Shown: piece by piece, positions 18,876 to 28,627 of the stretch
Layout of the letters: each line of letters starts with the position of its first letter
Position numbering within the stretch: position 1 is the stretch's first letter
NCBI GenBank assembly: GCA_024276735.1
Contig: JAJRWQ010000042.1
Coordinates: forward strand, 4,563-68,562
Length of the DNA: 64,000 nucleotides
Origin: Actinomycetes bacterium
GTDB taxonomy: Bacteria > Actinomycetota > Thermoleophilia > BMS3ABIN01
Reading direction: 5' to 3'
The notes under the pieces: generated by a model
Told to the model about the DNA's origin: nothing
The model's database searches: none
What the model saw: only the letters and a program-made list of their open reading frames with translations
Position numbers and translations under genes: made by a program

Positions 18876-19721
18876 ATGTACAAGATACTGGAAAAAGAAG
18901 ACTACTCGGATGACACCTACATGCAGGTGATCGAGGCCCCGGCAGTGGCCAGGGCGGCCAAGGCCGGGCAGTTCGTGATCGTCAGGCTGCACGAGGAGGG
19001 CGAGCGCATTCCGCTCACCATCGCCGACTTCGACCGCGACAAGGGAACGGTGACCATCGTGGTGCAGGCGGTGGGCAAGACCACCCGCGAGCTGCAGACC
19101 TACGGCGTCGGCGACAGCATCGCCAACCTCATCGGTCCCCTGGGAGTGCCCAGCGAGATCGAGAACTTTGGCACCGTGATCTGCGCCGGCGGCGGCGTGG
19201 GCGTGGCGCCGGTCTTTCCCATCGCCCGCGAGCTCAAGGCCGCGGGCAACAAGGTGATCTCCATCGTGGCCGCCCGCACCAAGTCGCTGATCCTCTGGGA
19301 GGACCGGATGCGCGAGGTCAGCGACGAGGTGATCGTCACCACCGACGACGGCAGTTACGGTCGCAAGTGCCTGGTGACGGAGCCGCTGAAGGAGCTTTGC
19401 GAGGAGGGAGGCGTGGACCTGGTCTACGCCATCGGCCCGGCGATCATGATGAAGTTCTGCTGCAAGACCACGGAGCCCTTCGGGGTGAAGACGGTGGTGA
19501 GCCTGAACTCGATCATGGTGGACGGCACCGGCATGTGCGGCGCCTGCCGCGTGGCGGTGGACGGCGAGACCAAGTTCGTCTGCGTCGACGGCCCCGAGTT
19601 CGACGGCCACGCCGTGGACTTCGACCTGTTGATGTCGCGGCAGCGGCAGTACCTGGAGCAGGAGAAGATCGCGTACGACTACTACTTGGAATGCCGGGGT
19701 GATAAAGCATGTCTGACGTGA
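18876..19721 (+). CDS. nfnA: Electron-bifurcating transhydrogenase small subunit
   Basis: GERIPLTIAD, GGGVG and MVDGTGMCGACR..CVDGPEFD motifs. Confidence 0.93.
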   Translation: MYKILEKEDYSDDTYMQVIEAPAVARAAKAGQFVIVRLHEEGERIPLTIADFDRDKGTVTIVVQAVGKTTRELQTYGVGDSIANLIGPLGVPSEIENFGTVICAGGGVGVAPVFPIARELKAAGNKVISIVAARTKSLILWEDRMREVSDEVIVTTDDGSYGRKCLVTEPLKELCEEGGVDLVYAIGPAIMMKFCCKTTEPFGVKTVVSLNSIMVDGTGMCGACRVAVDGETKFVCVDGPEFDGHAVDFDLLMSRQRQYLEQEKIAYDYYLECRGDKACLT

Positions 19722-21199
19722 GCAAGAACAACAGCGGCGGCGGCAAGGAGCTCTCCAAGAAGGAGCGGATGGCCATTCCCCGCACGCCCATTCCCGAGCA
19801 GGACCCCCATGAGCGGGCCAAGAACTTCGACGAGGTGGCGCTGGGATACAGCGACGAGCAGGCGATCACCGAGGCCACCCGCTGCCTGCAGTGCAAGAAG
19901 CCCAAGTGCGTCGGCGGCTGCCCCGTGGGCATCGACATCCCGGCCTTCATCGATGCCATCGCCCACGGCGACCCGGCGGGCGCCATCGCCAAGCTGAAGG
20001 AAAAGACCAGCTTCCCCGCGGTCTGCGGCCGCGTCTGTCCCCAGGAGGAACAGTGCGAGCAGGTCTGCATCGTGGGCAAGAAGCACGAGCCGGTGGCCAT
20101 CGGCCGCCTGGAGCGCTATGCCGCCGACTGGGAAGCCAAGCAGGGCAAGGCGGGCAAGCCGGAGATCGCCCCGTCCAAGGGCAAGCGCGTGGGCGTGGTG
20201 GGATCGGGGCCCGCGGGCCTCACCTGCGCCGGCGAGCTGGCGAAGATGGGCTACGAGGTCGTGATCTACGAGGCCCTGCACAAGCCCGGCGGCGTCCTCA
20301 CCTACGGCATCCCCGAGTTCCGCCTTCCCAAGGAGATCGTCTTCCGCGAGTGCGAGTACGTGGAGAGCCTGGGAGTGGAAATCAAGACCGACTACGTCAT
20401 CGGCAAGACCATGACCATCGACGACATGCTCGCCAACGGTCACGACGCCGTCTTCATCGCCAACGGCGCCGGGCTGCCGGTGTTCATGAACATCCCCGGC
20501 GAGAACCTCAATGGAGTCTTCTCCGCCAACGAGTTCCTCACCCGCGCCAACCTGATGAAGGCCTTCAAGTTCCCCGAGTACGACACGCCCATCAAGGTGG
20601 GCAAGAAGGTGGCCGTGATCGGCGGCGGCAACGTGGCCATGGACGCGGCGCGCACGGCGCTGAGGCTGGGAGCGGACGTGCACATGATCTACCGCCGTTC
20701 CCGCGAGGAGATGCCGGCGCGCGACGAGGAGATCCACCACGCCGAGGAGGAGGGCATCCAGTTCCACCTGCTCAACAACCCGGTGCAGATCATCGGTGAC
20801 AACGATGGCTGGGTGGAAGAGATCGAGTGCATCCAGATGGAGCTGGGCGAGCCGGACGAGTCGGGCCGGCGCCGGCCGGTGCCGGTGGAGGGCTCCGAGT
20901 ACCGCATCCCCGTGGACGTGGTGATCATGGCCATCGGTACCCGTTCCAACCCGGTGCTGACCCAGGCCACGCCCGACCTGGAGCTCAACAAGTGGGGCAA
21001 TATCGTGGCCGACCCGGAGACGCTGGCCACCAGCATGGAAGGGGTCTTCGCCGGCGGTGACATCGTCACCGGCGCCGCCACCGTGATCCTGGCCATGGGC
21101 GCGGGCAAGACCGGCGCCCGCTCCATCGACCGCTACCTGCGGGGACTGCCACTGAAGCCGGAAGCGGAGGCTGAGACCGCCGAGCAGGCCAGCGCCTGA
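19709..21199 (+). CDS. nfnB: Electron-bifurcating transhydrogenase large subunit (GltD-like)
   Basis: RCLQCK..C..GCP, CGRVCPQE.QCE, YGIPEFRL and GAATVILAMG motifs; coupled to nfnA. Confidence 0.93.
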   Translation: MSDVSKNNSGGGKELSKKERMAIPRTPIPEQDPHERAKNFDEVALGYSDEQAITEATRCLQCKKPKCVGGCPVGIDIPAFIDAIAHGDPAGAIAKLKEKTSFPAVCGRVCPQEEQCEQVCIVGKKHEPVAIGRLERYAADWEAKQGKAGKPEIAPSKGKRVGVVGSGPAGLTCAGELAKMGYEVVIYEALHKPGGVLTYGIPEFRLPKEIVFRECEYVESLGVEIKTDYVIGKTMTIDDMLANGHDAVFIANGAGLPVFMNIPGENLNGVFSANEFLTRANLMKAFKFPEYDTPIKVGKKVAVIGGGNVAMDAARTALRLGADVHMIYRRSREEMPARDEEIHHAEEEGIQFHLLNNPVQIIGDNDGWVEEIECIQMELGEPDESGRRRPVPVEGSEYRIPVDVVIMAIGTRSNPVLTQATPDLELNKWGNIVADPETLATSMEGVFAGGDIVTGAATVILAMGAGKTGARSIDRYLRGLPLKPEAEAETAEQASA

Positions 21200-21208
21200 G
21201 GGGGATCG

Positions 21209-24200
21209 TTGGCGGAAGCAGCAGCCAGAGAAGCCGAGCGCATAGAGATCACCGTCGACGGCACGCCGGTAGCGGCGTGGACGGGGCAGACGGTGATGGA
21301 GGCCGCCCTGGCGGCGGGGATCGAGATCCCCCGCCTCTGTTACGACGGCCGCATCGAGCCGCGGGCCTCGTGCCGGCTCTGCATCGTCACCGTCGAGGGT
21401 GAGCGCGGCTTTCATACCGCCTGCACCCTGCCGGTGGCCGCGGGCATGTCCGTGACCACCGACAGCGACGAGCTCAAGCAGGCGCGGCGGCTGACCCTGG
21501 AGCTGATCCTCTCCGACCACAACGCTTACTGCCTGCCGCCGTGCCAGAACGGCTGCCCCGACAAGCTGGACATCCCCGGATACGTGGGGGCGGTGGCCCG
21601 CGGCGATTCCCGCGAGGCGGTGCGCATCATCAAGCAGCGCCTGCCCTTTCCCCGCGTGCTGGGGCGGGTTTGCCCGCGGCCCTGCGAGAACGTGTGCCGC
21701 CGGGGCAATCACGACGCGCCGGTATCCATTTGCACCATCAAGCGTTTCGCCGGCGACGACGCCGCGGCGGCGGGTTACGACGAGCCGCCGTTTCCCCAGG
21801 CCGAGCCCAGCGGCAAGCGGGTGGCGGTGGGGGGCGCCGGCCCGGCGGGCCTCACCTGCGCCTATTACCTGGCGCTGAAAGGCCACCAGGTGACGGTGCT
21901 GGAAGCGCTGCCGGAGCCGGGAGGCATGCTGCGCTACGCCATCCCCGAGTATCGCCTGCCCACCAGGGTGCTGGAGGAGGAGCTTGAGCAGCTCTGGGAC
22001 CTGGGGGTGGAGCTGGAGACCGGCGTGGCCATGGGCCGCGACTTCGACATCGACGGGTTGCTGGAGCGCGGCTACGACGCCGTCTTCCTGGGGCTGGGCG
22101 CCCACGGTGACCACCAGATGATGATTCCCGGCGAGGAGCTGGAGGGCGTGGTCTCTTCGGTGGATTTCCTCCGCAGGGTGCGGGCGGGCGAGAAAGTCGA
22201 TGTAGGCAAGCGGGTGGTGGTTGTGGGAGGCGGTTTCACCGCCGTGGACGCCGCGCGCACGGCCATCCGCCTGGGTGCCGAGGAAGCCACCATCGTCTAC
22301 CGGCGCAGCCGTGCCGAGATGCCGGCGCACGAGTCCGAGGTGGAGGAGGCGGAGACGGAGGGGGTCTCCCTGCAGCTGCTGGCGATACCCGAGCGCATCG
22401 AGGGGATCGACGGCCGCGCCACCGGCCTCTGCTGCCTGCAGGCGGAGCTGGTGGCGAGCGAGGAAGGACGGCGGCCGCGGCCGGTGGCCATCGAGGGCAC
22501 CGAGTTCTGCCTGCCGGCGGACACCATCGTGGTCGCCATCGGCCAGAAGCCCAAGCTGTACCACGAGGAAGGCGGCAAGCGGCGCCTGTTCCTGCCCGAG
22601 AAGGATGGCGTCAGGACCACGCGCTGGGGCACCATCGAGGTGGATCCCCAGACCCTGCAGACGGCGCGGCCGCAGGTGTTTGCCGGCGGCGACGTGGTCA
22701 GCGGTGCCGCCACGGTGATCGAGGCGGTGGCGGCGGGCCGCCGCGCCGCCGACAACATCGATGCCTACCTCGCCGGCGATGACGTGGTGGCGGCGGCACG
22801 CAAGTTCACCCCCGCGGAGCCCGTCTACCTGGACATCAAGCAGGAACCGCTGGTGGAGACGCCGCGGCAGCCGATGCCCATGCTCTGCCCGGAGAAGTGC
22901 TGCAACGACTTCACCGAGGTGGAGCTGGGATACAGCCCCGAGGCAGCGCGCCGCGAGGCGGCGCGGTGCATGCAGTGCATCTGCGAGGCGGAGCAGAACT
23001 GCGACCTGCGGCGCCTGGCTATCGAGTACGGCCTCACCGAGAACCGCTTCCAGGGCCGCATGCGCCCGGTGCCACGCCTCGACGATACCAACCCGGTGAT
23101 TCACCGCGATTACCGCAAGTGCATCGCCTGCGGCGCCTGCGAGGCCATCTGCGACGAGCTGGTGGCGGCGCGGGCGGTATCCCTGGCGGGAGGCGGCATG
23201 GACACCTACGTCACATGTGCCTACGGCCGCGGCCTGGAGGAGACCGACTGCGTCTTCTGCGGCCAGTGCGTTTCCGCCTGCCCCACGGGGGCCCTGGACA
23301 ACCGCATGAGCATGAAGCAGCGACCGTTGCCGCTGCGGGGGCGCCCGGAAGAGGTGCAGGAAGTGGACACGGTCTGCTGTTACTGCGGTGTGGGCTGCTC
23401 GCTGACGCTGCACGTCTACCAGGGGCGGGTAATCGAGGTTTCATCGCAAAATCCCTATGCCGTGAACGAAGGCAGCCTTTGCGTCAAGGGACGTTACGGT
23501 TTCGATTTCATTCACCACCCGGACCGGCTCAAGCAGCCGCTGGTACGCAGGGACGGCGAGCTGGTGCCGGTCTCCTGGGAAGAGGCGCTGGAGGAGGTGG
23601 GGGCGAACCTGGAGCGCATCCGCGACGAGCACGGCGGCCGGGCGGTGGGGGCCCTGGCCTCGGGCCGCTGCACCAACGAGGACAACTACCTGCTGCAGAA
23701 GCTGATGCGCTCGGTGATCGGCAGCAACAGCGTCGATCACTGCGCCCGCTTATGACACGCTCCCTCGGTCGCCGGTCTGGCGGCAGCGTTCGGGAGCGGG
23801 GCCATGACCAACTCCATCGCCGACCTGGTGACGGCGGACGTGGTGCTGCTGATGGGTTCCAACACCACCACCGCCCACCCGGTGATCGCCATGCGCCTGA
23901 ACCAGGCGCTGGCGGCGGGGATGAAGCTGATAGTGATCGACCCCCGGGCCACCACCTTCGCCCGCCGTGCTGACATCCACCTGGCGCTGAACCCCGGCAC
24001 CGACGTGGCACTCCTGAAGGCGATGATGCGGGTGATCGTCGAGGAGGGGCTGGAGGATTCCTCCTTCATCGAGATGCGCACCGAGGGTTACGAGGAGCTG
24101 CGCCGCAGCCTGGAAGAGCTGTCCATCGGGCAGGCGGCGGCGATCACCGGCATCGCCGAGGAGGACATCCGGGCGGCGGCCCGCCTTTTCGCCGGCTCCG

Positions 24201-25381
24201 GCCGCAGCGCCATCGTTTACTGCCTCGGTGTCACCCAGCACGCGCACGGCACCGACAACGTCCGCAGCATCGCCAACCTGGCGATGATTACCGGCAGCAT
24301 CGGCCTGCCGGGGACCGGCGTCAACCCCTTGCGGGGAGCCAACAACGTCCAGGGCTGCTGCGACATGGGAGGGCTCTACAACCTGCTGCCGGGCTACAAG
24401 AGCGTCGAGGACGGCGAAGCCCGGGAGCGGTTCGCGGCAGCATGGGGCGGGGAGATCGATCCCCGGCCGGGTCTCAGCGTCACCGAGATGATCGAGGCCG
24501 CGGGCACCGGCGAGCTGAAGGCGATGTACATCATGGGGGAGAACCCGATGCTCTCCGATCCCGACGCCGCGCACGTGAAATCGGGGCTGGAGAACCTCGA
24601 CTTCCTGGTGGTCCAGGACATCTTCCTTACCGAGACGGCGGCGCTGGCGGACGTGGTGCTGCCGGGCGCCACCTTCGCCGAGAAGAACGGCACCTTCACC
24701 AACACCGAGCGGCGGGTGCAGCGGGTGCACAAGGCGGTGGAGCCGCCCGGGGAGGCGCGGCCCGACTGGCGCATCGTGCGCGACGTCGCCAACGCCATGG
24801 GGGCCGACTGGCAGTACCAGAGCCCCAAGGACGTGATGAACGAGGTCCGGCAGCTGGTGCCGCAGTACGGGGGCATCCGCTACGCCCGCCTAGAAAAGGG
24901 CGGCATCCAGTGGCCCTGTCCCGCCGAGTCGCACCCGGGTACCGCCATCCTGCACCAGGAGGAGTTCATCTGCGGCCGCGGCAAGCTGGCGGCGGTAGAC
25001 TTCATTCCCGCCGACGAGCTTCCCGACGACGAGTATCCCTTTATATTCAACGCCGGCCGCGACCTGATGCACTTCCATACCGGCAGCATGACCCGGCGCT
25101 CGCGCAGCCTCGACCAGCTGGTGCCGGGGCCGCTGGTGGATATAAATCCCGCCGACGCCGCGAAACTGGGCATCGAGGACGGGACCCGGATCACCGTCAC
25201 CAGCCGCCGCGGCAGCATCACCGCCGCCGCCCGCCTCACCGACAGCACCCCCCGGGGCTCGGTGTTCCTGCCCTTCCATTACGCCGAGGCGGCCGCCAAC
25301 CTGTTAACGAATACCGCCCGCGACCCGATATGCAAGATACCGGAACTGAAGGTGTGTGCGGTACGAGTGGAAAAGGCTTGA
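21209..25381 (+). CDS. fdhA: Selenocysteine formate dehydrogenase alpha subunit with N-terminal [2Fe-2S] domain and inserted GltD-like FAD/NAD(P) module (about 1390 aa)
   Basis: In-frame TGA 23753-23755 in DHCARL-U-HAPSVAGL; CxYCGVGC, LRGANNVQG and molybdopterin C-terminal domain. Confidence 0.9.
23756..23800 (+). promoter_or_regulatory. Bacterial SECIS element
   Basis: Stem CGCTCCC/GGGAGCG with apical GTCGCCGGTCTGGCGGC immediately 3' of the UGA, the usual fdh SECIS arrangement. Confidence 0.8.
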
Positions 25382-25441
25382 GCGGGGCGGTTGGTGATTG
25401 CCGGCAGTCGCGGCAGCATGGGCTCCTCTTATCAAGAGTTA

Positions 25442-25470
25442 TTGACTTTTGATTGATTTTGGAGTATAAA
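25442..25470 (+). promoter_or_regulatory. Sigma70-type promoter of the polysaccharide locus
   Basis: TTGACT-N17-TATAAA in an AT-rich patch. Confidence 0.6.
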
Positions 25471-25581
25471 AAGCTAGCAGCGGCACGCAGGCAAGTTCGG
25501 CGAACCTCAGGTTTTACTCAGGATCACCATCCCCAGGCGCCTGAAATGCTGCTATGCTGCACCACTAGGGGAAAGGATGTC

Positions 25582-27135
25582 ATGGGCTATACTCCTGAGT
25601 CAGATCAGGCTGCCTGCAAGGGGGGTGCTTCGCATGCTTGGAGTTTCCTGCCGTACGAGAGCGGAAGCGGGAAGGCGCAGCGCCCGGAGCTGAAAGTGGT
25701 ACGGATCGTCAGGGGCGCGGTGATACCGCTGGTAGACACCGTTACCATCTCGCTGGCGCTGTTCCTGGCCTTCCTGATGACACAGGCATGGAATGAAGAC
25801 GGGCTGCTGGAAAGCCTGCTGGGGCCCGCGATGGGCGTGGTCGACGAACGCCTGCTGTTCCTGGGGCTGATGACCGTGCCCGTATGGCTGATCGTTTTCA
25901 CGTCGTTCGGCGTCTACCGGCGCGAGGTCCTGCGCCTTTCCGTGTCCACCTTCGACGAGTTGCCGCAAACGATAGGGGCGCTCGCCGTGGGAGCCTGGCT
26001 CAGTGTATCCATTCTCCTGCTCACGGCCGCCGATGACATTTCCTTCAAGAGTATCTGGGTTTTCGTGGCCTTCGCCTGGATGCTGCTGATTTTCCTGTTG
26101 CCGCTGGCGCGGGCGGTGGTGCGGATAGGCCTCTCTTTTTACAATCCCTTCCAGACCTACGCCCTGGTGGTGGGTGCCGGTGAAGTGGGTCGCAGCTTGA
26201 TAGGCAGGTTGAATCGCCACAAGGAATACGGCCTAAAGGTGGTAGGTTTTCTCGACTCGGGCCTGGCAGACGAGGACGAGGCGGAAGTGCAGCTGCTGGG
26301 GCGGCCGTCGGACCTGAGAGACATCATCGACCAGTACGGTATCAGCAGGGTGCTGATCGCTTTTTCGCAAACGACGTACGACAGGATCCTGGAAGTGATA
26401 CACGAGTGCCAGGAGATGAAGGTGGCAGTGAGCGTGGTGCCGCGCTTCTTCGAGGCGTTGTCGGCGCGGGTAGAGATGGAAGACGTGGAAGGGTTGACCT
26501 TGGTGAGCCTGCCGCGCTATGCCAGGCACGGTTGGTTGATGCGCACCGCCAAGCGCATGCTGGACCTGTTCATTGCGACCCTGGCGGCGGTGCTGCTTTC
26601 ACCGGTGCTGTTGCTCGTGGCCATTCTCATCAAGCTGGACTCGCCCGGACCGGTCTTTTTCAAGCAGGAACGCATGGGCAAGAATCACCGGCGGTTCATG
26701 ATGTACAAGTTCCGCTCCATGCGCGCCGATGCCGAGGAGATGAAGGAAAAGCTGGAACAGCACAGCGACGCCAGCGGCCCCATATTCAAGATGAAGGAAG
26801 ATCCGCGGATTACCAGGGTGGGCAAGGTGATCCGGAGGTTGAGCATCGACGAGCTGCCGCAGCTGATCAACGTTTTTCGCGGCGAGATGAGCCTGGTGGG
26901 CCCCCGCCCCCTGCCGGTGGAGGAGGCGGAGGAATGCACGGGGACCGCCGACATGCGGCACAAGGTCCAGCCGGGAATCACCGGCCTGTGGCAGATACTC
27001 GGACGCAGCGACATTCCCTACGAGGAAATGGTGCAACTGGATTACATCTACGTCACCAACTGGACGCTGAGGTGGGACCTGAAGATAATATTGAGAACGG
27101 TCCTGGCCATCGTCCGCAAGCGGGGAGCATACTGA
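25582..27135 (+). CDS. Priming polyprenyl glycosylphosphotransferase (WcaJ/CpsE type)
   Basis: KRxxD, FFKQER.G, YKFRSM, DELPQL.NV..GEMSLVGPRP and PGITGLWQ motifs. Confidence 0.93.
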   Translation: MGYTPESDQAACKGGASHAWSFLPYESGSGKAQRPELKVVRIVRGAVIPLVDTVTISLALFLAFLMTQAWNEDGLLESLLGPAMGVVDERLLFLGLMTVPVWLIVFTSFGVYRREVLRLSVSTFDELPQTIGALAVGAWLSVSILLLTAADDISFKSIWVFVAFAWMLLIFLLPLARAVVRIGLSFYNPFQTYALVVGAGEVGRSLIGRLNRHKEYGLKVVGFLDSGLADEDEAEVQLLGRPSDLRDIIDQYGISRVLIAFSQTTYDRILEVIHECQEMKVAVSVVPRFFEALSARVEMEDVEGLTLVSLPRYARHGWLMRTAKRMLDLFIATLAAVLLSPVLLLVAILIKLDSPGPVFFKQERMGKNHRRFMMYKFRSMRADAEEMKEKLEQHSDASGPIFKMKEDPRITRVGKVIRRLSIDELPQLINVFRGEMSLVGPRPLPVEEAEECTGTADMRHKVQPGITGLWQILGRSDIPYEEMVQLDYIYVTNWTLRWDLKIILRTVLAIVRKRGAY

Positions 27136-27322
27136 TTGGCCCTCGCCGCCACCGATGATCTTCTCGACTGAACGGACGATTTCTCTTTCCCGGAGCCACG
27201 ATTGTTTCTCAGGCCTCACGTGCTGTTAGAATGAGCCTTCGGAAAGAGCAAGGGCTGGCCGGGACAGGGTTTTACAGGGGGCGGAGGCGGATCTTGAACC
27301 ACCGACTGACTGGAGATGAGCA

Positions 27323-28627
27323 ATGAATACGAGGGGACCGGACGGGGGGCGGGCCGTGGTCATCGGTCTCGATGGAACGCCGTTCAGCTTTCTCGATGCC
27401 GAGATAGCCAAGGGTAATCTGCCGGCGCTGGCCGCCATTGCGTCGGAAGGTGGATTGACGCGCATGGAGACGGAAATTCCCACCATATCTTCCGTGGCCT
27501 GGGCTTCGTTCATGACCGGCGTCAATCCCGGCAGGCACGGTATTTACGGATTCACCGACAGGAAACCGGGCACTTACGAGCTCTACTTTCCCAACTATAA
27601 TCACCTGAAGGTAGAGCCCATGTGGGAACGCTTCAGCGCCCAGGGGAAGCGCTGCTGCGTGTTGAACGTGCCTTCCACCTATCCTGCCCGTGAGCTGAAC
27701 GGCATCCTGGTGTCGGGTTTCGTCGCTCCCAGCCTCGAGCGGGCCACGTATCCAGCCGAGGCTTACGAGTATCTGGAGAAAGTCGGTTACCGGGTAGACG
27801 TGGACGCTTCCCGGGGGAGAGAGTCTCTCGATCTTCTTCTGGAAGACCTTCACCAAACGTTGGAGAAGCGTCGCGAGGTGATGCACCACTTCTGGAAGCA
27901 GGAAGACTGGGATCTCTTCGTGTGCGTCTTCACCGGTACCGACAGGTTGCACCACTTCATGTGGAGGCATTACGAAAACGAAGACCCCGTTTATGCCGAC
28001 GAGTTCACCCGTTACTACAAGAGGCTGGACGAGATCATCGGCGAATTCGTATCGGGGCTGCCGGATGGTATTGCCCTATTCATGCTCTCCGATCACGGCT
28101 TCGCCGGTATCAGGCGGGAGGTTTTTCTCAATGCTTTCCTGCGCCAGGAGGGTTTCCTGTCGCTGAAGGGTGATTCTCCGCGTACCATAGCCGATATCGA
28201 TCCCTCCACCACCAGGGCTTATTGCATGGATCCGGGAAGGATTTACGTGAATCTCGAGGGGCGCGAACCGGAGGGAAGCGTATCGTCCGGGCGTGAATAC
28301 GAGCAAGTATGCAGCGAGTTGAGCCGGGCGCTACTGGAACTGAAGGATCCCGAGTCCGGAGCAAGGGTGATCGATGCCGTCGTTGCCGGGATCGAGCTCT
28401 ACGAGGGTCCACACACGCAGGCAGCACCGGACCTGGTGGCTTTGCCCGCGGAAGGCATGGACCTCAAGGGATCCATGGCCAAGAATGAAATCTTCGTCGA
28501 GGGGCACCTGACCGGAATGCACACCCAAGATGATGCCTTTTCCCTCATTCGCGCGGACGAGGATCTCGAGCCCGCTGTACACATCCGGGAGCTGGCGGAC
28601 CGCATCGCAGCCATCATCCAGCCCTGA
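27323..28627 (+). CDS. Alkaline phosphatase superfamily / type I phosphodiesterase (NPP-like) protein 1
   Basis: IGLDG, S.VAW.SF.TG.NPG.HG, TDRLHH, SDHGF and NLEGREP motifs. Confidence 0.88.
   Translation: MNTRGPDGGRAVVIGLDGTPFSFLDAEIAKGNLPALAAIASEGGLTRMETEIPTISSVAWASFMTGVNPGRHGIYGFTDRKPGTYELYFPNYNHLKVEPMWERFSAQGKRCCVLNVPSTYPARELNGILVSGFVAPSLERATYPAEAYEYLEKVGYRVDVDASRGRESLDLLLEDLHQTLEKRREVMHHFWKQEDWDLFVCVFTGTDRLHHFMWRHYENEDPVYADEFTRYYKRLDEIIGEFVSGLPDGIALFMLSDHGFAGIRREVFLNAFLRQEGFLSLKGDSPRTIADIDPSTTRAYCMDPGRIYVNLEGREPEGSVSSGREYEQVCSELSRALLELKDPESGARVIDAVVAGIELYEGPHTQAAPDLVALPAEGMDLKGSMAKNEIFVEGHLTGMHTQDDAFSLIRADEDLEPAVHIRELADRIAAIIQP

Noticed and set aside
19709..21199. Glutamate synthase small subunit (gltD) annotation
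   Set aside because: There is no gltB, and the gene is coupled to an NfnA-type subunit, so NfnB is the better call
19682..23413. Very long antisense ORFs (1243 aa here, 1141 aa at 52310-55735, 726 aa at 12725-14905 and others)
   Set aside because: Shadow frames of GC-rich sense genes with no recognisable motifs
23753..23755. fdhA as a split pseudogene
   Set aside because: The TGA is at the catalytic Sec/Cys position and is followed by a SECIS hairpin
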